A stretch of DNA of 42,342 bases. Origin: Patescibacteria group bacterium (GTDB lineage: Bacteria; Patescibacteriota; UBA1384; 2-12-FULL-50-11; DASWYB01). Positions 15,323 to 23,971 of the stretch are shown in pieces (position 1 is the stretch's first letter; every line of letters starts with the position of its first letter). The notes beneath the pieces were generated by a model that saw only the letters and a list, made by a program, of their open reading frames with translations, did not search any database and was not told where the DNA came from. Location: positions 1 to 42,342 of the forward strand of contig JBGPML010000001.1 of NCBI GenBank assembly GCA_041486955.1. Reading direction: 5' to 3'. Made by a program: the position numbers and the translations under genes.

Positions 15323-15368
15323 GTCGGTCGGCTCACACCATCTATCTCCTTCGTTTACTTGATTCATC

Positions 15369-16169
15369 ATGTCAACGAGGGAGATTTCTTTATGTTATAG
15401 TGGCTCTATGAATTCTCATCACAGTGTGAAAGATGAAGCAATCATTTTGCGAAAGAAAAATTTTGGTGAAGCCGACGTATTGTTAACTCTCTTAACCCGG
15501 AATAATGGAAAATTACGAGTAATTGCTAAGGGCGCACGCAAAACTACCAGCCGTTTGGTTGGGCACATCGAACTTTTTTCGATTATTAGTGGTCAGATTA
15601 ACCTTCAGCCAACGATCCCTATTTTGTCGCAAGTCAACGTAGAACATTCAATCATTGGACTAGCTGAAGATGCAACGGCGTTACAACGAATCTCTCTCCT
15701 GTCGGAAGTTGTTGACCGAGCAATGGAAGAAGGGGTCATTCATGAAGACATCTATCGAGTTTTAGCGGAGGGTAGTTTACGGTTACGGCAGCAGGATCAG
15801 CCGCTCCTGTTTATGGGGATACTGATGCGATTATTAGGTCAGTTGGGTTATGCGCCGGAATTATCTTTATGTGTTGTATGTAAAATACGATTAGAGGCTG
15901 GTGGACGATTTGCCTGGGATCATAGTGCCGGTGGCGTGGTGACCGATAACTGCATCACTGGTACCATGCAACAAATAACCGGAGAATCGCTTAAAGCCTT
16001 ACGGTTTCTCCAACGACAACCCATAACTGAGATGAGCAGATTGGTTGGAGAAGGGGAGGTCGTTGATCAGCTTCATAATGTCTTAATTCATTATGCCAGG
16101 TATGTCTTGGAACAGCCTCTGATGTCCGCCACCGTGTCGTATCGCGACACGCAGCTTTTACAAACATAA
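15369..16169 (+). CDS. recO: DNA repair protein RecO
   Basis: DEAIILRKKNFGEADVLLTLLTRNNGKLRVIAKGARKTTSRL forms the OB-fold N-terminus, and a CVVC zinc motif is present. The true start may be ATG 15408. Confidence 0.85.
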   Translation: MSTREISLCYSGSMNSHHSVKDEAIILRKKNFGEADVLLTLLTRNNGKLRVIAKGARKTTSRLVGHIELFSIISGQINLQPTIPILSQVNVEHSIIGLAEDATALQRISLLSEVVDRAMEEGVIHEDIYRVLAEGSLRLRQQDQPLLFMGILMRLLGQLGYAPELSLCVVCKIRLEAGGRFAWDHSAGGVVTDNCITGTMQQITGESLKALRFLQRQPITEMSRLVGEGEVVDQLHNVLIHYARYVLEQPLMSATVSYRDTQLLQT

Positions 16170-16173
16170 AAAT

Positions 16174-17268
16174 ATGGCTTCATCATGGATTGAAGTTGAT
16201 AGCTTTGCGTTAGTGCATAATGTTCGTGTCATCCGCAACATTGTAGCGGATTTACCGATTTGGGCTGTCGTCAAATCTAACGCCTATGGTCATGATTTGG
16301 CCATCGCTAGTGAGGCGTTTTGGCGGGGCGGAGTGGACGCCTTTGTGGTTACCGACCCAGAAGATGCTAAACAGCTTTCCGATCAACGCTATAAACTACC
16401 AATCCTTGTTTTGTTTCCGGTCCCCGATTCAATGCTACTTATGGCGTTAGAGCGTGGCTGGCATTTGGCGGTTACCTCAATATCTTATTTTATGCGATTG
16501 GAACATTTTGCCAAAACACGACAAAAACAGGTCAAAGTCCATTTTGAAATCGAAACGGGTATGCATCGAACAGGGCTAAATTCTTTGGAAGTTGAATCAA
16601 TCCTCACGAAATATGGATTAAATAGTTCACTCGTCCAGCCCATCGGCATATTTACCCACCTGTTTCATGTTGAAGACGAATTAATCAGCATTGGCCAAAT
16701 TTCCCTTATGCAGGAATTACAATTCAATCTGCAAAGAAAAAAATTAGCGATTCCTATTACCCATGTGTTCGCCAGTGGCGGACTGGGCAAATATCGTAAC
16801 GAAACCCTTTTTGACGCTGTTCGATTAGGCGCTGCGCTGTATGGCTATTCCAAATATTTTCCAGAAACGACACCTGCCCTGACGTGGAAAACGAAAATCG
16901 TGGCTCTCGGACAGGTAAAGCCGGGAGAATCGGTTGGTTACAATCGGACTTATACTGCCCAAAGGATCGTTCGAACGGCGACTATTCCAGTTGGTTTCGC
17001 CGATGGATTGGATCGTCGGTTAAGTAACGTTGGATGGGTGTTAATTCGAGGCAAGCGTTGCCCCATCATTGGCCGGGTAAGTATGAACTATGCGACTATT
17101 GATGTCACCGGAGTACTGCGTCTCGAAGAGGATGAAGAGGTAGTGCTTTTGGGCAAACAGCAAGGCAGTATTATTACCCTTCAGCATATCGAGGAATGGG
17201 CCGGAATCGTACCAAACGAATTTGTAACGGGTATTAATAGTTCTATTTCGCGGATAAAAACCAAGTAA
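16174..17268 (+). CDS. alr: alanine racemase
   Basis: 364 aa. AVVKSNAYGHD is the PLP-lysine motif. The C-terminal region contains SVGYNRTY and IPVGFADG. Confidence 0.92.
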   Translation: MASSWIEVDSFALVHNVRVIRNIVADLPIWAVVKSNAYGHDLAIASEAFWRGGVDAFVVTDPEDAKQLSDQRYKLPILVLFPVPDSMLLMALERGWHLAVTSISYFMRLEHFAKTRQKQVKVHFEIETGMHRTGLNSLEVESILTKYGLNSSLVQPIGIFTHLFHVEDELISIGQISLMQELQFNLQRKKLAIPITHVFASGGLGKYRNETLFDAVRLGAALYGYSKYFPETTPALTWKTKIVALGQVKPGESVGYNRTYTAQRIVRTATIPVGFADGLDRRLSNVGWVLIRGKRCPIIGRVSMNYATIDVTGVLRLEEDEEVVLLGKQQGSIITLQHIEEWAGIVPNEFVTGINSSISRIKTK

Positions 17269-17286
17269 CATTGTTGCTCATATTTA

Positions 17287-17315
17287 TTGATCAATAACAG
17301 GTTATTCTTTATAAT
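17287..17315 (+). promoter_or_regulatory. near-consensus promoter positioned for a leaderless glyQS mRNA (TTGATC-17-TATAAT)
   Basis: TTGATC at 17287-17292, 17-nt spacer, TATAAT at 17310-17315. The ATG at 17322 is 6 nt after the -10 and there is no SD. Confidence 0.55.
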
Positions 17316-17321
17316 CGACTT

Positions 17322-18683
17322 ATGCCTTTATCCTCTCTCGAACCGATTGTGAATCTAGCCAAACGACGAGGATTCGTTGTTGGATCAAGTGAAATTTATG
17401 GTGGGATAGCCTCGATTTTTGATTACGGTCCGCTCGGTGTGGAATTAAAAAACAACTTAAAACAGTTGTGGTGGAAAACGTTTATTCACCAACGTGACGA
17501 CATGGTGGGGATCGATTCGTCGATTATTATGCATCCGAGAGTCTGGGAGGCCTCAGGCCATTTAGAAAGCTTTACTGACCCATTAGTTGAATGCACTAAA
17601 TGTCATATGCGTTTCCGGGAAGATCATATGCCGGAAAAATCAGACGGAAAATTTTGGAAATGTCCTGAGGGGGGTGAACATCATTTTTCTGAGGCCCGAC
17701 AGTTTAACTTGATGTTCAAAACATTTCTAGGGGCGACCGAAGAATCAGCTAATATCGCCTATTTACGTCCTGAAACAGCCCAAGGCATGTTTGCGAATTT
17801 TAAATATGTTCTAGAAACAACGCGACAAAAGGTTCCATTTGGCATTGGTCAGATCGGCAAGAGTTTCCGTAATGAAATTGGATTAGGCAACTGGCTTTTT
17901 CGCTTACGCGAGTTTGAAATCGCTGAACTGGAATTTTTTGTCAAACCTGGCACTGACGAGGAATGGTTTGACCATTGGGTAGGGGCGTGGGAGCATTTTT
18001 ATGAATCAGTGGGAATCGACAAAGCCAATATTAAACGGGACGAAAAGTCGAAAGAGAGTTTGGCCCACTATTCAAAACGAACGATTGATATGCATTATCG
18101 ATTTCCTCACGGGTGGGATGAGTTAGGCGGAATCGCTAATCGAACGGATTATGATCTCAAGCGTCACATGGAATTTTCGGGTAAAGATTTAACCTATTTT
18201 GATCAAGAAACGCATGAAAAATTTGTGCCTTACGTTATAGAGCCTACCCAAGGGATTGATCGCTTATTTATTGCGGTATTATGTGATGCGTACCGAGAAT
18301 ACCCAGGTGGTCGCAAAAGTGATGATGCGGCAATGCCTGAGGAGAAAGAACCAACAGAAACCGATGTGGTTTTGCATCTCAAGCCATTCTTGGCGCCTTT
18401 TAAAGTTGCTGTCCTGCCACTCGTAAAAAAGGATGGTTTGGCTGAGCTCGGAAAGCAATTGGCCGAAGATTTAAGAAAATCTATGACCACATTTTACGAT
18501 GAATCGGGTTCGATTGGTCGACGTTATCGTCGGCAAGATGAGATTGGCACACCCTGGTGTATTACCTTGGATTATCAAACGAAGGAAGATAATACGGTGA
18601 CGATTCGTGATCGTGACTCGATGGAGCAAGTAAGAATTTCTACTTCCGAACTAAATCATTGGCTCGAAAGTCGTCTTGTATAA
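17322..18683 (+). CDS. glyQS: glycine--tRNA ligase (alpha2 dimeric type)
   Basis: 453 aa. RRGFVVGSSEIYGG, YGPLGVELKNN, YLRPETAQG, FRNEI and EFEIAELEFF are class II GlyRS motifs. An anticodon-binding C-terminus is present. Confidence 0.95.
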   Translation: MPLSSLEPIVNLAKRRGFVVGSSEIYGGIASIFDYGPLGVELKNNLKQLWWKTFIHQRDDMVGIDSSIIMHPRVWEASGHLESFTDPLVECTKCHMRFREDHMPEKSDGKFWKCPEGGEHHFSEARQFNLMFKTFLGATEESANIAYLRPETAQGMFANFKYVLETTRQKVPFGIGQIGKSFRNEIGLGNWLFRLREFEIAELEFFVKPGTDEEWFDHWVGAWEHFYESVGIDKANIKRDEKSKESLAHYSKRTIDMHYRFPHGWDELGGIANRTDYDLKRHMEFSGKDLTYFDQETHEKFVPYVIEPTQGIDRLFIAVLCDAYREYPGGRKSDDAAMPEEKEPTETDVVLHLKPFLAPFKVAVLPLVKKDGLAELGKQLAEDLRKSMTTFYDESGSIGRRYRRQDEIGTPWCITLDYQTKEDNTVTIRDRDSMEQVRISTSELNHWLESRLV

Positions 18684-18757
18684 TAGTATATTCAGAAAGA
18701 TTTTCGCTTAAGTGGGCAATGGCTCAGCTCGCACACTACATGATAGGGTAACATTGA

Positions 18758-18787
18758 ACAGGCTCTCCTCAAGAGAGTCTGTTTTTG
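18758..18787 (+). terminator. intrinsic terminator
   Basis: ACAGGCTCTC (18758-18767) / GAGAGTCTGT (18773-18782) with one G-U, loop CTCAA, then TTTT. Confidence 0.8.
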
Positions 18788-18836
18788 AATACTAAATATT
18801 GGGCCTATTATCTACTTGCATGCTTATATATAGGTC

Positions 18837-18865
18837 TTGACAGGCAGGTCTGTCCACAATAGAGT
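18837..18865 (+). promoter_or_regulatory. dcw/mraZ promoter candidate (TTGACA-17-TAGAGT)
   Basis: TTGACA at 18837-18842, 17-nt spacer, TAGAGT at 18860-18865. Confidence 0.6.
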
Positions 18866-18875
18866 AGGTAGTAAT

Positions 18876-18907
18876 GGTGAATGGTGGTGTCAGGTGGGGA
18901 ATGGTGG
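18876..18907 (+). promoter_or_regulatory. putative MraZ operator: GGTGG direct repeats at 10-bp phasing
   Basis: GGTGG at 18883, 18893 and 18903 (each 5 nt plus a 5-nt spacer), plus GGTGA at 18876. The repeats lie between the promoter and the mraZ start. Confidence 0.55.
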
Positions 18908-18937
18908 CGGATAGCCAGAAATGCAGAAAGGATGAAA

Positions 18938-19369
18938 ATGTTTCTTGGCGAATTCGAACATTCTATTGATGCAAAAGGGCGCTTGGCCATTCCGGTAAAA
19001 TACCGCAATGCTTTAGCCGATGGAGCAGTGGTAACACGCGGACTTGATAACTGTTTAACCGTTTATCCCAAAAAGGAATGGGAAAAATTAGCCGAACAGA
19101 TTGCCTCGTTGCCAATCACTGAACCAAATGCCAGGTCTTTTACGCGCCTCATGTTAGCCGGAGCCATGGATGTTGAGGCAGATAAACAGGGAAGAATCAT
19201 TTTGCCTGCTTATCTGCGCCAATATGCTGGGCTGGGCGCTAACACGATCGTGGCTGGACTGTATAACCGAATTGAAATCTGGGATAAGGCTAGATGGACT
19301 GAATACAGTCAGAATGCCCAGGCCAATTCTTCAGACATTGCGAGCCAGCTCTCGGAGCTTGGTATATAA
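18938..19369 (+). CDS. mraZ: transcriptional regulator MraZ
   Basis: MFLGEFEHSIDAKGRLAIPVKYR plus a second repeat DKQGRIILPAYLR (two SpoVT/AbrB-like halves). The track ORF starts upstream at 18881. ATG 18938 was chosen for the canonical MFxGE N-terminus and an AAAGGA SD. Confidence 0.92.
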   Translation: MFLGEFEHSIDAKGRLAIPVKYRNALADGAVVTRGLDNCLTVYPKKEWEKLAEQIASLPITEPNARSFTRLMLAGAMDVEADKQGRIILPAYLRQYAGLGANTIVAGLYNRIEIWDKARWTEYSQNAQANSSDIASQLSELGI

Positions 19370-19393
19370 CACCTTTACATGGCCTGTATCGAA

Positions 19394-19566
19394 ATGTCAA
19401 ATGACGTAACGGTCTGGCCGGATTCAATTATGCTTCTCGAGAGCTCTACAGGCTTCCAGAAGCACCAAAACTCATTCGACCAGTAGTGGGTATTCCGGTT
19501 ATCCCGGACCCAAGCACCGCACTGTTATTTTCTTTCAGTAGGTCTGTCCAATTTCATTTATGACAT
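19394..19566. repeat. ~173-nt unit bounded by imperfect inverted repeats related to the AATGAC/GTCATT family
   Basis: ATGTCAAATGACG at 19394-19406 versus TCATTTATGACAT at 19554-19566. These are reverse complements apart from a 2-nt insertion. Confidence 0.4.
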
Positions 19567-19683
19567 TGGAAAAACGCCGGGGTTAGATCTTCCCGCAAAA
19601 AGAGTTATCTTTTGGGATCAGCTAACTTTGGAGGGGCACATTCCTGCTACTGGCCATGGGTTAGGGAGGAGAGAATCACGAAT

Positions 19684-20556
19684 ATGAAACACAGTCCTGT
19701 CCTCCTTAACGAAGTTATTACGGCATTAGAACCGCAGTCGGGTTCGCGGTATATCGATGCCACCCTCGGAGATGGAGGGCACGCCAATGCACTTTTAGAA
19801 GCAAGTCAGCCTGACGGAAAGGTCTTAGGCCTCGATCAAGACCCACAGCAAATTATGGTGGCCAAGGAGAACTTAGCCAAATGGGGTAAACGGATAACGA
19901 TCGTTGAATCGCGATTTTCCAGCTTGAAAGAACGAGCAGTAAAAGCCGGATTCAGACACGTTGATGGTATTCTCCTCGACTTGGGCATATCCTCAAGGCA
20001 GCTCAGTGTCCTCTCGTATGGTCTGAGTCTCGATGATAATTCCAATCTGGATATGCGACTTACGCCAACATTGCCACACTCAGCCGCTGATTTACTTAAC
20101 CACGGGAACGAAACCGAAATTGCCGACATCTTATATGAATTTGGTGATCGTCATAATAGCCGCACCTTAGCTCGAAAAATCGTCTCATTTCGCAGGAAAG
20201 CGACATTTAAAGTAGCTTATGATCTGAAGCAAGCGATCGATGTGTGGAATCCCCATGCTTTGGCGCCGATATTTCAGGCCTTAAGGATTTGGGTTAATAC
20301 TGAATTTGATGAATTACACACTGTTCTACCGCAAGCCATTGATCTCTTAACGCCAGGGGGAACTCTCGCTATCATTACCTTCCATTCAGGGGAGGATCGG
20401 ATTGTGAAGCGGTTTCTACGAGACCGTCGTAAGCTACTCAGAGTGTCACACGTGATTACTCCGAGCTATGATGAAGTACGAAAAAATCCTCGAGCCCGTA
20501 GCGCCAAGTTGCGCTTAGCTCAAAAATTAGGAGGGGAGCAGCATGATTCCAGTTAG
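19684..20556 (+). CDS. rsmH: 16S rRNA (cytosine1402-N4)-methyltransferase RsmH
   Basis: HSPVLLNEVITAL, DATLGDGGH, LLDLGISSRQL and FHSGEDRIVK motifs. ATG 19684 is preceded by GGGAGGAG. The track ORF starts at an upstream TTG (19612). Confidence 0.93.
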   Translation: MKHSPVLLNEVITALEPQSGSRYIDATLGDGGHANALLEASQPDGKVLGLDQDPQQIMVAKENLAKWGKRITIVESRFSSLKERAVKAGFRHVDGILLDLGISSRQLSVLSYGLSLDDNSNLDMRLTPTLPHSAADLLNHGNETEIADILYEFGDRHNSRTLARKIVSFRRKATFKVAYDLKQAIDVWNPHALAPIFQALRIWVNTEFDELHTVLPQAIDLLTPGGTLAIITFHSGEDRIVKRFLRDRRKLLRVSHVITPSYDEVRKNPRARSAKLRLAQKLGGEQHDSS

Positions 20557-20869
20557 CTATGTAAACCATATGTCAACCCAATCACAGCGACCGTCACGAA
20601 AATTAGTTCGGTTGAGTTTGGTTTCGTCGCGACTCATTGGATTCCTCATCCTTGCTATTCTAGCTCTTTTCTATATTGCTCAATCCACGGGAGCTACGAC
20701 CAAGCGGGTCGAAGTACAAAGCCTAAGGTCACAAGCAGATACTATGGAAACAGAGCAAGCTGATCTAGAGTTAAATATCACCCGGATGAAAGCGCTTGAT
20801 ACTATCACACAATCGGCCGGTCAATTGGGTTTAGAACCGGTTACCAGCGTGGAGCATCTCTCTCAGTAG
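20543..20869 (+). CDS. ftsL: FtsL-like cell division protein (1 TM + coiled coil)
   Basis: 108 aa. TM helix LIGFLILAILALFYIA followed by a heptad-like segment. The position after rsmH is canonical. SD is AGGAGGGG. Confidence 0.65.
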   Translation: MIPVSYVNHMSTQSQRPSRKLVRLSLVSSRLIGFLILAILALFYIAQSTGATTKRVEVQSLRSQADTMETEQADLELNITRMKALDTITQSAGQLGLEPVTSVEHLSQ

Positions 20870-21006
20870 CATGGGACGTGAAGAAGCGTTGATTGTCAAT
20901 ATTTCGCACTTCAACCGTCGCGATGCTGGGTTTAATATTGGAGGTCTTCTGCTTAAAAAACGCAGGTCAATTTTAGGATTTGTGCAAACTAATCCATGGG
21001 ATCGCT

Positions 21007-22713
21007 ATGGATTTTGCTGAATGGCAACGCCGACTCACCGTCATCATCACCTTGGCCGGGTTGATGCTTCTCACGTTCACGGGTCGTCTGTATCAGAAAA
21101 CCGTCATTGAATATAAAGATACGGTCCAGGCGGCCGAAAATCAGTATATGTACCGCAAAGAGGTTGATGGACAGCGAGGTTCTATTGTGGTTAAACTCGA
21201 TGATCATACTTATTATCCATTGGCCACTAATGAAGAGCGTTACGAAGTAATTGTTGTGCCTAATCAAGTTCTAGATCCAAAAACGACAGCTAAAGGTCTG
21301 GCGCCAGTCATCGAATTATCGGAAAATGATATTTATAACAAAATTAATAATAAGAAGTTTTACATTCCACCACTAAGGCATCGATTGTCGAGACAACAAT
21401 ACGATAAGATCACTGCTCTCCATTTACGAGGAGTTTTGCTATACCCCGAGTCTGTAAGAATATATCCTGAAAAGTCATTAGCTTCGCAATTGCTTGGATT
21501 TGTAAACAATGATGGCGAGGGTAATTATGGTCTAGAAGGGACATTCGACCAAGTTCTTCGTGGAGAAAATGGGTATCAAGTCGGTGAAAAAGACAATCAA
21601 AATCGTTTAATTAACGTCAACGACGAAGTCAAAGCAAAAACCGGCGCGACAATAGTATTAACAATCGATCGAGATATACAGAGGTATGTCGAAACTACAC
21701 TCGCTGATGCCGTTAAAAATTATCAAGCGGATAGTGGGTCTGTCGTTATTATGGATCCCAAAACAGGCGCCATCATCGCTATGGCCTCTGTGCCTACCTA
21801 TGATCCAAATGACTATAATACGGTGGCGAAAGACAATCAGAATGTATACATAAATCCAGTTATATCGAATTCATGGGAACCAGGCTCTATTATGAAACCT
21901 TTAGTTATGGCCATGGCTATAGATAAAGGGCTGGTAGAGCCCGATACCAAAGAGACATTCGGAGCCTCAATTCGAGTTTTGAATCACGATATTTATACGG
22001 CAGAAAAGAAAGCCTTTGGCACCGAAACGATGACTCAAGTCCTTGAAAATTCCGACAACGTCGCGATGGTTTGGCTCGCCAATAAACTCGGAAACGATAG
22101 TCAGTATGAAGAAATGAAAAAATTTGGTTTTGGCGATAGTCCCAAGTTAAATCTTAAAAATGTCGCCGGTGGGTTTATGCCCGATGTCAAGAAATGGAAT
22201 GATTTAACCCGAGCAACATTGTCTTTTGGACAGGGCATTGCCGCAACACCGCTGCAAATGGTTACCGCCTATAGCGCACTCGCCAATAAAGGGGTGATGA
22301 TGCAGCCGTATATCGTGTCTGATGTTCTTGATGAGCAAGGGACCATTTCTACCATTAAACCAACTGAAGTTGGGCATGTTGTCAGTGAAGACACCAGCAA
22401 TAAAATCAGTCTTATGTTAGAATCAGTAGTGGAAAATGGTTTAGGTAAACGAGCAAAAGTACCAGGGTATCGTATTGGTGGCAAAACGGGTACTGCTCAA
22501 GTGGCTGACCCAAATGGCGGCTATTATGAAGATCGACACATCGGCTCTTTTGCCGGTTATTTTCCTATCTCGAATCCACAATATGCAATGGTGGTTAAAT
22601 TAGATAATCCAAAAAGTGTTCAATTTGCTGAATCATCAGCCGGGCCAACCTTCGGCCAAATTGCTGCCTGGGTTCTTTACCATCAACAAGTCTTACCGGA
22701 TAAACCACAATGA
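21007..22713 (+). CDS. ftsI: class B penicillin-binding protein (FtsI/PBP2-type transpeptidase)
   Basis: TM anchor, dimerisation domain, and transpeptidase motifs SIMK (SxxK), SDN (SxN) and KTGT. The track ORF starts at TTG 20980; ATG 21007 is preferred. Confidence 0.9.
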   Translation: MDFAEWQRRLTVIITLAGLMLLTFTGRLYQKTVIEYKDTVQAAENQYMYRKEVDGQRGSIVVKLDDHTYYPLATNEERYEVIVVPNQVLDPKTTAKGLAPVIELSENDIYNKINNKKFYIPPLRHRLSRQQYDKITALHLRGVLLYPESVRIYPEKSLASQLLGFVNNDGEGNYGLEGTFDQVLRGENGYQVGEKDNQNRLINVNDEVKAKTGATIVLTIDRDIQRYVETTLADAVKNYQADSGSVVIMDPKTGAIIAMASVPTYDPNDYNTVAKDNQNVYINPVISNSWEPGSIMKPLVMAMAIDKGLVEPDTKETFGASIRVLNHDIYTAEKKAFGTETMTQVLENSDNVAMVWLANKLGNDSQYEEMKKFGFGDSPKLNLKNVAGGFMPDVKKWNDLTRATLSFGQGIAATPLQMVTAYSALANKGVMMQPYIVSDVLDEQGTISTIKPTEVGHVVSEDTSNKISLMLESVVENGLGKRAKVPGYRIGGKTGTAQVADPNGGYYEDRHIGSFAGYFPISNPQYAMVVKLDNPKSVQFAESSAGPTFGQIAAWVLYHQQVLPDKPQ

Positions 22714-23945
22714 AGTCATTTTTTGTCTCTATCATTCGACTGATTTTATACGGACAGGCATCTGTTTTCCGATCACGTTACTCCGGTCCAGTTATCGCTA
22801 TAACGGGTAGCGTTGGAAAGACGAGCACGAAAGAAGCAGTCGGACAGATGATAAAAAAAGCGTACGGTAATGAATCTATCGTCACTCCGAAAAGTCTTAA
22901 TACTGAAATCGGTGTTCCCTTAACTATCCTTGGTTTTCAATCCGAACCCCATTCTATTTTCGGGTGGTTACGAGCACTTGCTCGAGGCACGATCGTCGCC
23001 TTCTTCGGTCAAGTTCCAAAATGTATGGTTTTAGAATTAGGCGCGGATCATAAGGGGGACATCGCCTATCTGGCACGATTGGTTCGTCCGACTCACGCCG
23101 TTATTACGTCAGTAAGCGAATCGCATAGTCAATTTCTTGGTAATCTCGAGGCAATACAACAGGAGAAAACATCTTTACTCCAATTTGTGAGTCTCGATGG
23201 TTGGATTTTTTTGAATGGTAATGATGATTATTTAAGCAAAATAAAAGTTGCTGATCCACAACATAAAATCTTAGTCCGTCTACATCAGCGGGCTGATTAC
23301 TTTGTCTCCGGCATCTCGGTCAACGAATCAGGTACGCATGGCGTGTTGCATCATGATAATCGAACCCAACGATTACTGATCAACCGCTTTGGTGAACATC
23401 ACCTTTATAGTGTGCTTTTTGCCGCGGCGATCGGTGATAGCCTTAACATTCCAGCCAACACTCAGCTCCAAGCGTTTAAAGAAATCCGACCCATGCCCGG
23501 GCGAGGGTCGCTTATTCATGGGAAAAATAGCAGTTTGATCCTTGACGAATCATATAACGCCCAACCAGAAGCAATGGAAGCCGCCCTGGCCCTATTAAAG
23601 CAGTTCCCAGGTCAAAAAAAGATTGCCATTTTGGGCGATATGCGTGAATTACGTGATCCAGCCCCTATACACAAGCGGATCGGAAAGTTGGCTAAATTAA
23701 GTGCTGATTATGTGATTGCCGTTGGTCCTGAGAGTAAAAACTATCAGGCAGATACTTGGTTCATGACCGCTGATGAAGCCGTGCCGACTGCGTTGAGGCA
23801 GCTCCAACCCGGTGCTATAGTATTAGTAAAAGGTTCGCAAAACAGTATTCGTCTCGAACGTTTGGTTAAGGCTTTGATGGCTCATCCCAATCAATCCAAA
23901 CAACTTCTGGTACGACAAGAAGCGGAGTGGCTCGCTAAAACGTAA
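22710..23945 (+). CDS. murF: UDP-MurNAc-tripeptide--D-Ala-D-Ala ligase (MurF), short N-terminus
   Basis: 411 aa. P-loop ITGSVGKTSTKE already at residue ~31, then LELGADHKGD, DESYNAQPEAM and GDMRELR. ATGA overlap with ftsI. Confidence 0.88.
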   Translation: MKSFFVSIIRLILYGQASVFRSRYSGPVIAITGSVGKTSTKEAVGQMIKKAYGNESIVTPKSLNTEIGVPLTILGFQSEPHSIFGWLRALARGTIVAFFGQVPKCMVLELGADHKGDIAYLARLVRPTHAVITSVSESHSQFLGNLEAIQQEKTSLLQFVSLDGWIFLNGNDDYLSKIKVADPQHKILVRLHQRADYFVSGISVNESGTHGVLHHDNRTQRLLINRFGEHHLYSVLFAAAIGDSLNIPANTQLQAFKEIRPMPGRGSLIHGKNSSLILDESYNAQPEAMEAALALLKQFPGQKKIAILGDMRELRDPAPIHKRIGKLAKLSADYVIAVGPESKNYQADTWFMTADEAVPTALRQLQPGAIVLVKGSQNSIRLERLVKALMAHPNQSKQLLVRQEAEWLAKT

Positions 23946-23971
23946 CGACTAACCGTCAAGAAAGGTTGAAA

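Noticed and set aside
20871-21020. 49-codon ORF (MGREEALIVNISHFNRR...) in the ftsL-ftsI spacer, considered as a frameshifted FtsI N-terminus
   Set aside because: FtsI from ATG 21007 already has a complete cytoplasmic tail and TM anchor. The small ORF has no SD and overlaps the ftsI start out of frame.
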